From positions 71,607-135,606 of the forward strand of contig JAAYJQ010000002.1 of NCBI GenBank assembly GCA_012522855.1: a DNA stretch of 64,000 nt, read 5' to 3'. The notes beneath the pieces are model-generated. The model searched no databases, was not told where the DNA came from, and saw only the letters and a program-made list of their open reading frames with translations. Positions within the stretch are counted from its first letter, which is position 1. The number at the start of each line of letters is the position of its first letter. Positions 1 to 8,424 of this stretch are shown here, one piece after another. Both the position numbers and the translations under genes were made by a program. This stretch comes from Bacteroidales bacterium. GTDB taxonomy: Bacteria; Bacteroidota; Bacteroidia; Bacteroidales; UBA932.

Positions 1-416
1 TGTCCAAGTTATCCGGTCCCGTCATGGATCGGATCGATATTCAGCTGATGCTCCATCCGGTGAATACCCGGAAACTGGTCGGGCGGAAGAAGGGGGAGTC
101 CAGCGAAGCGGTCGCGAAGCGTGTGCTCAAAGCCCGGATCGCGCAGAAACGGCGCTTCGCGGAAGAAGAGATTTTCACCAATGCGGAGATGAACAATCGG
201 CTCCTGGAAAAATTTTGCCCCCTTGACGAGGCGTGTCGGCAAGTAATGGAGCAGATTATCGACAAACTGGGCTTGTCGGCGCGAGCGTATTCCCGGATGA
301 TCAAAGTCGCGCGGACGATCGCCGATCTCGAGGAGGCTCCTGACATCCTTCCCGCATTTCTGCGCGAGGCTGCCGGCTACCGCTTCCTGGACCGGACTGC
401 GCCGGGACTGTTTTAG
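1..416 (+). CDS. comM: Mg-chelatase-like ATPase ComM/YifB, C-terminal fragment (5' end lies outside the window)
   Basis: The frame is open from the window edge. LSGPVMDRIDIQLML and the C-terminal helical domain (LSARAYSRMIKVARTIADLE) are typical of the YifB/ComM family. Stop TAG at 414-416. Confidence 0.85.
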   Translation, partial: SKLSGPVMDRIDIQLMLHPVNTRKLVGRKKGESSEAVAKRVLKARIAQKRRFAEEEIFTNAEMNNRLLEKFCPLDEACRQVMEQIIDKLGLSARAYSRMIKVARTIADLEEAPDILPAFLREAAGYRFLDRTAPGLF

Positions 417-838
417 ATTTCCCAGGAGAGGGTTCGGGATTCGTCGGGATGCACCCGGATGGAAACGCGGAGGGTTTCTTCAGGCAGGATCTCTTCAATG
501 TTTTCCGGCCATTCGATGATGCAGAGGGCACCGCTGTCGATGTAGTCGCAAAATCCGATGTCGAGGGCTTCGGAAACCTTTGAAATCCGGTAGAAATCGA
601 AATGATACATCGGCGCTCCGGAGCCCGTCTTGTAGGCGTTGATGATGGCGAAGGAAGGGGAGCTGACAGCATCTTCCCGAACGCCCAGTTGACGGCAGAT
701 CGCCGTGGTGAACGTGGTCTTTCCAGCCCCCATCGGGGCATAGAAAGCAATGATCCGGCGGTCTCCGATTTTCTTCAAGAAAACTTCCGCAGCCTTGTCC
801 AGGTCTTGCAGATCCTTGATGACGATTTCGTGTTTCAT
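413..838 (-). CDS. tsaE: tRNA threonylcarbamoyladenosine biosynthesis ATPase TsaE
   Basis: P-loop APMGAGKTTF and ~140 aa size. Start taken at the internal ATG (MKHEIVIKDL). Converges on comM with a 4-nt overlap. Confidence 0.85.
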   Translation of the reverse strand: MKHEIVIKDLQDLDKAAEVFLKKIGDRRIIAFYAPMGAGKTTFTTAICRQLGVREDAVSSPSFAIINAYKTGSGAPMYHFDFYRISKVSEALDIGFCDYIDSGALCIIEWPENIEEILPEETLRVSIRVHPDESRTLSWEI

Positions 839-843
839 GTGCG

Positions 844-2058
844 TTAAGGTCTCAGCCAAACTTCCGGATCCTGGGGATCGCGCTCCTTCCAGATTTGGAA
901 GTGAAGTTGTGTTTCACTGTTGATGGTGTCCACCGTACCGATTTTCTGCCCGGTCTTGACGGTTTCGCCGGCCTTGACGTTCACATCCCCGAGCTTGCAG
1001 TAGAACGTGAAATAGTTGCCATGTTGGATGAGGATGCATTTGTTGTAGCCCGGCATTACAACGATCTGTTTGACGACCCCGTCGAAGATGGCTTTCACGG
1101 CAGTTCCTTTTTGGAGCGCGACGGAAACGCCATTGTTGAACGGCAGCTTCACTTTGGTGAATACGGGGTGGTAGTGCTGACCGAAATGATCGACGACCGG
1201 ACCTTCGGCAGGCCAGGGCAGTTTTCCCTTGTTGGCCTCGAACTGGCCGGCCAGTTTGTAATCGATCGGGGGCCGTTTCGAGGACTCGGTGGGTGTCTGC
1301 GACTTGGCGGGTGCCGTCGCTTCCCGGATGATCCGTTCGATTTCCCGGTTGAGAGCTTCCACTTCCCGCCTTTTCCGGTCAAGCTGCTGCTGGTATTGGC
1401 GCCTGTCTTTATTCAACTGGTTGACAACCTGTTGTGATTCTTTTTCCTCGCTTTGGAGTTTCGACATTTCTGCGACGCGTTGGTCCCGGACTTCCCGGGC
1501 AGTATTCCGGAGTTCGGATAAGGTGGCCCGTTCCGCTTCCAGCCGCGACCGGGTTTCCTTGATCTTCGTCGCTTGGACATTCATCTGCTTGGACAGGTCC
1601 CGGAGATAGCCGAACCGCCGGAACGCCTGGCTGACGTTGTCACTTGCCAGGATGTACATGTACCAGATCTTGGTGTCCCGGTTCTTGTAGGCGCTTCGCA
1701 CCAGACGGGTATAATAGTCCGAAAGGGTGTCCAGACGGGCCTGGATCGACCGGATCTCTTTTTCCTTCGCAGCCATTTCGCGAGACAGGGAAGCGATCTG
1801 TTTGTCGCTCTCCGCGATGAGTTCCTTCCGGGACGCCACTTTTTTCTGAATCAGGGTCAGGTTGGCCAAGGCATTCGAATGCCGCGCGGCGCTTGACTTG
1901 ATCTGGCCGTCGAGGATTGCGATTTCTCTCTCCAGCCGCGCCTTCCGGTCCTCTTGTGCCTTTGTGTCCTGGGAATATGCCGGCAGCTTGCTTCCTGCGG
2001 AGAGAAGCGCGGCTGCGATCATCAGTTTTCCAAACAACCCTAGGATTTCCTTCATCAT
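844..2058 (-). CDS. M23 family peptidase / murein hydrolase activator (EnvC-like) with N-terminal coiled coil
   Basis: Signal-like N-terminus MMKEILGLFGKLMIAAALL, a long Q/E/R/K-rich coiled coil, and a C-terminal LytM/M23 domain (ILIQHGNYFTFYCKLGDVNVKAGETVKTGQKIGTV). The start overlaps the stop of the upstream TPR gene (ATGA). Confidence 0.85.
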   Translation of the reverse strand: MMKEILGLFGKLMIAAALLSAGSKLPAYSQDTKAQEDRKARLEREIAILDGQIKSSAARHSNALANLTLIQKKVASRKELIAESDKQIASLSREMAAKEKEIRSIQARLDTLSDYYTRLVRSAYKNRDTKIWYMYILASDNVSQAFRRFGYLRDLSKQMNVQATKIKETRSRLEAERATLSELRNTAREVRDQRVAEMSKLQSEEKESQQVVNQLNKDRRQYQQQLDRKRREVEALNREIERIIREATAPAKSQTPTESSKRPPIDYKLAGQFEANKGKLPWPAEGPVVDHFGQHYHPVFTKVKLPFNNGVSVALQKGTAVKAIFDGVVKQIVVMPGYNKCILIQHGNYFTFYCKLGDVNVKAGETVKTGQKIGTVDTINSETQLHFQIWKERDPQDPEVWLRP

Positions 2059-3737
2059 TCCATTCCTTCTGATTTCCGGGCCTCCGCCTGGGACCGGTAC
2101 ACCTTGGCCAAATCGGTCTCGCCCAGGGCTTCCAGCACCGTCGCGTAGTGGCTCAGGCAGGTCGCGCTTTCCTTCCCGCCGTAGAGCATGGCATGTTTGA
2201 AGTAGGTTTTTGCCTCCTGAAGCTTGCCCTGTCTGTACAGGATCCATCCGATCGTGTCGAGATAGGTCGGATTGTCCGGCTCCTTGTCGATGGTCTTCTT
2301 GCTCATGGCATACGCCTTCTTCAACTGCTTCCCTTCGAGGCTCAGATAGTAGGCGTAGTTGTTCAGGACGGGAACGTAATCCGGATCCAGTTTGAGGACT
2401 TTCTTGTACAGCTTGAAGGTCTCCTTTTTCGCTCCCATTTCATAATACATGTCTCCCATCATCGCCATCGCCGGGATGGTCCGTGCCGTGTCGCCGGGCG
2501 ACAGGTCAATGACCCGTTGACAGTTGTCGATGATCCCTGCATAGTCCTCCGTATTGTAATAGGCGATGTTCTTCATTTCCAGAAACACGGTCTCCCCCGG
2601 GAAACGGGTGAAAGCAAGGTCGCATTCCGCAAGCAGTTTCTCCCAATCCTTGCGGTAACTCAGCATCTGCAGATAGGTTGCCGCGGCGCTGACGCTTTCA
2701 GGATGGGCATCCATGTTCCGTTTGAACAGGTCGGTGGCTTTTTCGAGACGGTCTGAAGAAGAATAGTAGAGTCCGGCTGTCGTCAGCATTGAACTGTCCG
2801 CGGGATGCAGACCGACCGCTTGGTCCACGATCGAATCCAATTGCGGGCGAAAGTTCTGCAAAAAACGCGGATCCGGCTGGCGGAAAGCCATGGAAAACAG
2901 TCTGGAAAGGTACTGGGCCTTAATTTCAGGGATGATTTCATTGTTGGAAACAAAACCTCGGAGGATGTGGAAAAACGACGGGTAGTCCCGGCGGATCCGG
3001 TAGACTTCCGAAAGTCCCAGTATCGCAGGCGCGTAATCGCTCTGCAGTCCCAAGGCTTCTTGATAAAATGACAGGGCCGCGGAATCCCTGGCTTCCGCCA
3101 TGGCGTGATCCCCGAGTTGGGTCAGCACCCGCGGGGATGAATATTCTTCGTTGAAGCTCTCCAGGGCCTTCAAGGCTTCTTCCGGCTTGTTCTGGCGGAG
3201 CAAGATATCGTATTTCGTCGTGGTTACCGCCTCGGTCTTTCCGAACACGGTTTCGATCTGGTCCATGGCGGCGAGGGCCTTTTCGAACTGTCCTCCCTTC
3301 AAGTAGAGGTTCACAAGATTGAAATAGATCTCGTTCTTTTTCGGGAAGTCCTTCAGGATCTCCTCATAGGTCGCGATCGTGAGATCATCCTCTTCCCCCA
3401 GGGTGTAGGCCATTGCCAGCCGATCCTTGTACCAGTAATTTCCGGGGTCGAGTTTCGCGGCTTGTTTCAAGGCGGACTGGGCGGTCTTCACGTCGCGCAG
3501 GTACAGGCTGCTGAGCCCCAGATAATAATGAGCGGCGTCGTTGCGTGGGTCGGCTTCCGACAGTTTCCGGAATATCTCGCTGGCTTCCCGGATGGAACCC
3601 CGGTTCAGGGCGGCGACGCCGTCGATGAGCTGGCTTTCAGCGGACGTGTTCCTCGTTGTTTTCGGTTGCGAATATGCCTGATTGTACGGGAGCAGCGACA
3701 AGGCTGCCACAATCGCTATTTCAATAAATTGTTTCAT
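2055..3737 (-). CDS. tetratricopeptide-repeat protein, secreted
   Basis: Signal peptide MKQFIEIAIVAALSLLPYNQAYSQ followed by repeated TPR-like A/Y/L helices through the whole protein. The shorter start was chosen because of the signal peptide. Confidence 0.8.
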   Translation of the reverse strand: MKQFIEIAIVAALSLLPYNQAYSQPKTTRNTSAESQLIDGVAALNRGSIREASEIFRKLSEADPRNDAAHYYLGLSSLYLRDVKTAQSALKQAAKLDPGNYWYKDRLAMAYTLGEEDDLTIATYEEILKDFPKKNEIYFNLVNLYLKGGQFEKALAAMDQIETVFGKTEAVTTTKYDILLRQNKPEEALKALESFNEEYSSPRVLTQLGDHAMAEARDSAALSFYQEALGLQSDYAPAILGLSEVYRIRRDYPSFFHILRGFVSNNEIIPEIKAQYLSRLFSMAFRQPDPRFLQNFRPQLDSIVDQAVGLHPADSSMLTTAGLYYSSSDRLEKATDLFKRNMDAHPESVSAAATYLQMLSYRKDWEKLLAECDLAFTRFPGETVFLEMKNIAYYNTEDYAGIIDNCQRVIDLSPGDTARTIPAMAMMGDMYYEMGAKKETFKLYKKVLKLDPDYVPVLNNYAYYLSLEGKQLKKAYAMSKKTIDKEPDNPTYLDTIGWILYRQGKLQEAKTYFKHAMLYGGKESATCLSHYATVLEALGETDLAKVYRSQAEARKSEGME

Positions 3738-3946
3738 CTTCTGGATATCATCAGACAATTCTATGCAAAAATAGTACTTTTTAAAAGAATTTTTACGAAA
3801 TTTGTCACAGTGCAGGCTTCAACGTTTTGAATGTCTGCAAGAAATACGGTTCAAGGGTAATTATGCAACGTTTCTTGGGAAATTTGCATCTTCACTCACG
3901 GGAAAGCCAAGCAAGCCAGCATCATGCGGTTGCCGGAACCAAGGAT

Positions 3947-4471
3947 ATGCGTGTACCGAATCTGATCGAGCTTTGCAAGCAGGGCGATCGAGCTGCGCAG
4001 AAGTCGCTGTTTGATACCCTGGCCCCGAAGATGTTCTCAGTCTGCCTTCGCTATATGGGCGATCGGGCAGCAGCGGAGGATGTGCTTCAAGACGGGTTCA
4101 TTACTTTGTTTACAAAGCTGGATACCTACTCGGGAGAAGGTCCTTTTGAAGGCTGGGCCCGGAAGATCTTTGTCAATACTGCACTCATGTCTCTGAGAAA
4201 AACGGATGCCCTCAGCCTGAGCGATGATATCGATATCGCGCGGGGAGTGGGCGACGGGGTTCCCACTCCGGTCCAAAGTCTCGGATACAAGGAGCTCATG
4301 AAGCTGATCGCGCAGTTGCCGACAGGATTCAGGACCGTTTTCAACTTGTATGTGTTGGAAGGATATTCGCACAAGGAGATTGCGGAAGCGCTCGGAATCT
4401 CGGAAAATACATCCAGATCACAACTTCGCAGGGCTCGCATGATGTTGCAGGATAGGATAAAGAAAGAATAA
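3947..4471 (+). CDS. ECF-type RNA polymerase sigma-70 factor
   Basis: Region 2 (AAEDVLQDGFITLF) and region 4 HTH (EGYSHKEIAEALGISENTSRSQLRRAR). Start at the internal ATG MRVPNLIELCKQGD, which is typical of ECF N-termini. Confidence 0.85.
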   Translation: MRVPNLIELCKQGDRAAQKSLFDTLAPKMFSVCLRYMGDRAAAEDVLQDGFITLFTKLDTYSGEGPFEGWARKIFVNTALMSLRKTDALSLSDDIDIARGVGDGVPTPVQSLGYKELMKLIAQLPTGFRTVFNLYVLEGYSHKEIAEALGISENTSRSQLRRARMMLQDRIKKE

Positions 4472-4472
4472 G

Positions 4473-5756
4473 ATGCTCGAAGACAAATTCACAGAGCTTG
4501 ACCAGTTGTTCAGGTCGGTGATTGAAGGCGCGGAAGAACAGGTTCCTTCCGGGCTTTGGAGCAGCATATCCGATCATCTCGATGCTTTGATCGCCCCGCT
4601 TGCGGGTGCCGCAGGGGTGGCCGGAGCTTCTGCTGTGGCATCTTCGACAAGTACGTCCGCTTCAACTGCCGGCGCGACGGGGACTGCGGCTTCCGGTGCG
4701 GGAACAGCAGCCACGGGAGCCGGCACGGCAGTTAGCGGCGCAGCGACGGCGGCCTCGGCTTCGCATATTGTGACCGCAGTGGTCGTCTCGACCTTGGCTG
4801 TGGGTACGGGCGTCGGATCTTATTTCATCCTGAACCGGAGCGAAGAGCCGGTTCCTGAGCCGTCTCACGTCATCGAAGTCGTCGAACCCGTCCCTGAAGA
4901 AATGCCTGCGGACACGATTGATTTCGTTACGGCTATCCGGCGCGTGTCCCCTCCCGTACAGCCGGAACCTCCCGCCGCAGAGCCCGATCCCGTTCAGCCG
5001 GAGGCGTTGGAGGTCGTGGAACCTGTCCGGGAACGCGTTCCTTCCCGGACCTCCCGCCCCAGACCTGAAAAACAGCCCCGGGTACCCGAAGCCAAGTATC
5101 GTACTTTTTCATTCGATCTTCATCTCGTTCCGGAGTTTGCCGGAATCCGGTCGGGGGCGGATCCCGCAGCCGTCATGGCCTACAATCCTTTGGCTGTCGA
5201 CCGGCAGGTTGAAATTCTGCAGGATGAGAAATCCCGCTTCAAGATGCCGGTTTCCCGTGGAATCGGTCTGCGGTTCTATCTTTCCCGCCGTTGGTCCGTC
5301 GGAACAGGGGTCAATTATACCAAACAGGAGCGGTCTTTCAGCGGCTCATATGCCCTGGTCAATCCGGACGGCACCCGCCAGAAAAGCACGCCTGCCCGTT
5401 TCACAAATGAACAAGTCTATGTCGGAGTACCCTTGACCGCTTATTTCGATATCGTGCAAGCTCCGAAATGGAATGTGTATGCCTATGGAGGCGGCATGTT
5501 CGAGAAATGCCTTCATGACCGGTATCGCGCGGAAGCGCGGAATGGTAAAGGAATTCACTATCTGAGGCAGGATGTGAAAGGAATCCAGGCCTCATTGAAT
5601 CTGGGAGCCGGGCTCGAATACAAGATCTTCGATCCTGTCGGAATCTATGTGGCTCCCGGACTTCGCTATCATCTTCCCCGGAATCAGCTTAATACGATGT
5701 GGAGCGACCAGCCGCTCCGCTTCCATGCCGAATTCGGCGTGCGGCTCGCTTGGTAA
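4473..5756 (+). CDS. sigma-linked membrane protein: short N-terminal domain, A/T/G/S low-complexity tract, one TM helix, Pro-rich linker, C-terminal OMP beta-barrel-like domain
   Basis: Starts 1 nt after the sigma stop. TM segment HIVTAVVVSTLAVGTGVGSYFIL. Pro-rich PVQPEPPAAEPDPVQPE. The C-terminal ~200 aa show alternating beta-strand patterns and end in an aromatic residue (GVRLAW), as in OMP_b-brl_2-type proteins. Confidence 0.6.
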   Translation: MLEDKFTELDQLFRSVIEGAEEQVPSGLWSSISDHLDALIAPLAGAAGVAGASAVASSTSTSASTAGATGTAASGAGTAATGAGTAVSGAATAASASHIVTAVVVSTLAVGTGVGSYFILNRSEEPVPEPSHVIEVVEPVPEEMPADTIDFVTAIRRVSPPVQPEPPAAEPDPVQPEALEVVEPVRERVPSRTSRPRPEKQPRVPEAKYRTFSFDLHLVPEFAGIRSGADPAAVMAYNPLAVDRQVEILQDEKSRFKMPVSRGIGLRFYLSRRWSVGTGVNYTKQERSFSGSYALVNPDGTRQKSTPARFTNEQVYVGVPLTAYFDIVQAPKWNVYAYGGGMFEKCLHDRYRAEARNGKGIHYLRQDVKGIQASLNLGAGLEYKIFDPVGIYVAPGLRYHLPRNQLNTMWSDQPLRFHAEFGVRLAW

Positions 5757-5799
5757 CGCGTGGAAATCATCTCATATTCTTCAATCAGAACCGGCGGAT

Positions 5800-6795
5800 T
5801 TACAGATTCGGATTGATTTTTTTCCAGTCGGCGATTGCGGGGGTGATGCCGAGGGTTACCAATTCGTCGCGCATCATACAGAGGTGTTCATAGGAACTGT
5901 CCAAGTTTGCAATCTCCTCCGGAGTTCCTTTGACCTCGGTATAGTGGACGCCGGTGGCGTCGATCGTGGTCGGCATCGCCATTATGATGTTTTGGTATCT
6001 GCCTTCTTTGAGGTAGGTGCCGGCGGGCAGTGTGAACTTCTTACCGCCCATAGCGGCTTCTATCATCTTCACCGAGTGGTAGGCGGAACTTTGGAAGGAG
6101 CTGTGTCCGCGAAGCTTGATGATGTTCGAGCCGCCCTGGATTGTTCTCTGTTTGATTTCTTCAAATTTCTCAACAGAGATTTCCTTGCCGATGAGTTCCG
6201 CGAGGGGCGTTCCGTCGATTTTGACCTGGGAAGCGAACACGGCCATCTTTTCTCCATGTCCTCCGTAGGTGTGGGCGCCGGTGACTTTGCTTTGGTGGAT
6301 TCCGAATTCTTCGGCGAGCTCAGTTTGCAAGCGGGTGGAGTCCAGGGCAGCGAGCGTGGTTACCTGGGAAGGCTTCAGGCCGGAATGCAGGAGCACAACC
6401 AGACCGGTGAGGTCTGCAGGGTTGAAAATGACGACGATGTGTTTCACGTCCGGGCAATATTGCTTGACATTCTTTCCGAATTCTTCGGCGATTTGACAGT
6501 TACCTTTCAGCAGGTCTTCGCGTGTCATGCCTTCTTTCCGGGGAGCGCCGCCGGAGGAGATGATAAACTTCGCGTCTTTGAATGCCACCGCCGGATCTGT
6601 CGTAGCCGTGATGTTCGCGCCTTCGAATGCACAGTGGTTCATCTCGGCCTGCACGCCCAGGAGTCCTGGCTCATAGACGTCGTAGAGACAAAGGTTCGGG
6701 GTAAGCCTCAGGATCATTGCCGTCTGTGCCATGTTGGAACCGATCATTCCGGCGGCGCCGACGATGACCAGCTTGTCATTTGTCAAAAATCTCAT
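5800..6795 (-). CDS. mdh: malate dehydrogenase
   Basis: Rossmann motif VIVGAAGMIGSNM, 331 aa, and overall resemblance to the Bacteroidetes-type MDH/LDH-like family. Confidence 0.9.
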   Translation of the reverse strand: MRFLTNDKLVIVGAAGMIGSNMAQTAMILRLTPNLCLYDVYEPGLLGVQAEMNHCAFEGANITATTDPAVAFKDAKFIISSGGAPRKEGMTREDLLKGNCQIAEEFGKNVKQYCPDVKHIVVIFNPADLTGLVVLLHSGLKPSQVTTLAALDSTRLQTELAEEFGIHQSKVTGAHTYGGHGEKMAVFASQVKIDGTPLAELIGKEISVEKFEEIKQRTIQGGSNIIKLRGHSSFQSSAYHSVKMIEAAMGGKKFTLPAGTYLKEGRYQNIIMAMPTTIDATGVHYTEVKGTPEEIANLDSSYEHLCMMRDELVTLGITPAIADWKKINPNL

Positions 6796-6852
6796 GATAA
6801 TAAAATGTTAAGTTGTTTACGACTAGAATAACCTCGTGATTCCGATCGCGTG

Positions 6853-6860
6853 CAAAGATA
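6853..6860 (-). promoter_or_regulatory. candidate Bacteroidetes -7 box (TAnnTTTG) for mdh
   Basis: The plus strand reads CAAAGATA, which is TATCTTTG on the minus strand, ~58 nt upstream of the mdh ATG. Confidence 0.4.
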
Positions 6861-6900
6861 GCAAATTCAACATGATTTTCTTTGTAATTCAAAAAATGAT

Positions 6901-6908
6901 TATATTTG
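6901..6908 (+). promoter_or_regulatory. candidate -7 box (TATATTTG) for the PPTase gene, implying a ~160-nt leader
   Basis: Exact TAnnTTTG match in the AT-rich part of the mdh/PPTase divergent intergenic region. Confidence 0.35.
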
Positions 6909-7072
6909 TCCCGTAATGTTTTGACAATTCACATGGAGCCTCCCAGTTCTAATCTGACAGACAGCAGTTCCAAGGCGGATTCCCGATCGGATGATCCGCT
7001 GTCGAAACCTCAACCGACATACTTGAAGTTTGCTTGCCGGATTCCTTCGGCGAGGTGACATGTTCGTTTTTT

Positions 7073-7711
7073 ATGGCACTGTATTTTAAAAAAGAAATTG
7101 AAGAGTCCCGTTCGATCATCGGGGTTTGGCAGATCACCGAGACGGAAGAGGAACTTCGGGAGATCGGGAACGTTCCTTCCGATGAAATGGAGGAGATTTC
7201 CTTCATCAAGAGCGAGTCCGTCCGCAAGCAGAAACTCGCGGTCCGCGCATTGTTTAGCGCCTTGCTTGACGAGAAAGTGTATCTGAGTCACCATGACAAC
7301 GGGAAGCCTTACCTGGAAAACAGTGTGACGAACGTCAGCATCACGCACACGGAGAAATATGTCGCCGTCATTCTGGATGACAATGAGGATATCGGAATCG
7401 ACATGGAGTCTCTCGCCCGGGATTTTTCCGCAGTGGAGCAGAAGGCGCTTTCGGACGAAGAAATCGAAAACCTGGACGAAGAAAAGAAAAACGAACAACT
7501 TGCGATCTACTGGTGCGCCAAAGAAGCCATATTCAAAAGGCTATCCGCCTACAATGTGGACTTCGCGGAGCAGATCGAGGTCGAGCGCTTCCGTCCCCGC
7601 GGGGAAGGAGAACTCGTGGCCACTTTCATCCACAAAGATGGGGATGAGGAGGAATTCGACCTCCAGTACATGACTTTCGACAACCATGTACTGGTCTGGG
7701 TCATCGGCTAG
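7073..7711 (+). CDS. 4'-phosphopantetheinyl transferase family protein
   Basis: Motifs ISITHTEKYVAVIL, DIGIDME and WCAKEAIFKRL match the Sfp/AcpS superfamily signatures (G-x-D and W-x-x-KE-x-x-K). Start at the internal ATG MALYFKKEI. Confidence 0.7.
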   Translation: MALYFKKEIEESRSIIGVWQITETEEELREIGNVPSDEMEEISFIKSESVRKQKLAVRALFSALLDEKVYLSHHDNGKPYLENSVTNVSITHTEKYVAVILDDNEDIGIDMESLARDFSAVEQKALSDEEIENLDEEKKNEQLAIYWCAKEAIFKRLSAYNVDFAEQIEVERFRPRGEGELVATFIHKDGDEEEFDLQYMTFDNHVLVWVIG

Positions 7712-7795
7712 GCTACCGCTACTTTGAAAAACCGCCTTCTTAACCGTCGTCTACCCGAGAAGCGTTCGCTTGTTGCTAACATGCCGAAAGATTCT

Positions 7796-7803
7796 TAAAT
7801 TTG
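7796..7803 (+). promoter_or_regulatory. candidate -7 box (TAAATTTG) for the lemA-DUF2207 operon
   Basis: Exact TAnnTTTG match 37 nt upstream of the lemA ATG. Confidence 0.45.
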
Positions 7804-7839
7804 TGTACTGATACGTACCGCAACTAAAATTCAATTATT

Positions 7840-8424
7840 ATGACCATTACTTTGATCATCCTCGCCGCTCTGGCGGTATTGTGTTTCCTTTATATCCTTT
7901 CGATCCAGCGGAAGCTGGTCAAATTGGAGGAATTGATGAAAAATGCCCTCGGGCAGATCAATGCACAACTCAAGACCCGGTGGGATGCCGTCACTTCCCT
8001 GGTCCAGATGACCAAGCAGTACACTGAACACGAGCATGACACCCTCATGGATGTCATCGCGCAGCGCCGGATGGAGTCCGTTTCGTCGCCGGACGATGTG
8101 AACGACCAGAACAACGCCATCGGCTCGGTTTTGGGCCGGCTCTCGGTTGTCGCGGAACAGTATCCGCAGCTGAAGGCCGACGGCATATTCAAAGAGACCA
8201 TGGGCGGGATCCAGCGGTACGAGGAGAATGTACGGCTGAGCCGGATGGTATACAACGATTCCGTGACCAAGCTCAATACGCTGGTCCGCCAGTGGCCGTC
8301 CTCCTTTGTCGCGAGCATGCTGCATGTTAAAGCCCAGAACTATATAGAAGAAGACAAGAAGGTCGCTGATGCCCCCGACATCTCCAAGATTTTCAAAGGG
8401 GAAGATAACGCTCCGCTCGCATGA
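7840..8424 (+). CDS. lemA: LemA family membrane protein
   Basis: N-terminal TM helix, then the characteristic LemA helices (ALGQINAQLKTRWDAVTSLVQ, YPQLKAD, RMVYNDSVTKLN). Confidence 0.9.
   Translation: MTITLIILAALAVLCFLYILSIQRKLVKLEELMKNALGQINAQLKTRWDAVTSLVQMTKQYTEHEHDTLMDVIAQRRMESVSSPDDVNDQNNAIGSVLGRLSVVAEQYPQLKADGIFKETMGGIQRYEENVRLSRMVYNDSVTKLNTLVRQWPSSFVASMLHVKAQNYIEEDKKVADAPDISKIFKGEDNAPLA

Noticed and set aside
844-2247. N-terminally extended ORF-track starts. Examples: 844-2247, 26067-26861, 26596-28485, 34609-36135, 36027-37157, 37066-37833, 50811-51833, 60356-61816.
   Set aside because: The extensions lack signal peptides, run across neighbouring genes or promoter boxes, and are Arg/Pro-rich. 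Internal ATGs give canonical N-termini (signal peptide, lipobox or family-typical start), so the shorter coordinates were used.
5647-6831. A 394-aa ORF antisense to mdh.
   Set aside because: Codon-complement register (both triplet starts are congruent to 1 mod 3), no motifs, and mdh itself is unambiguous.
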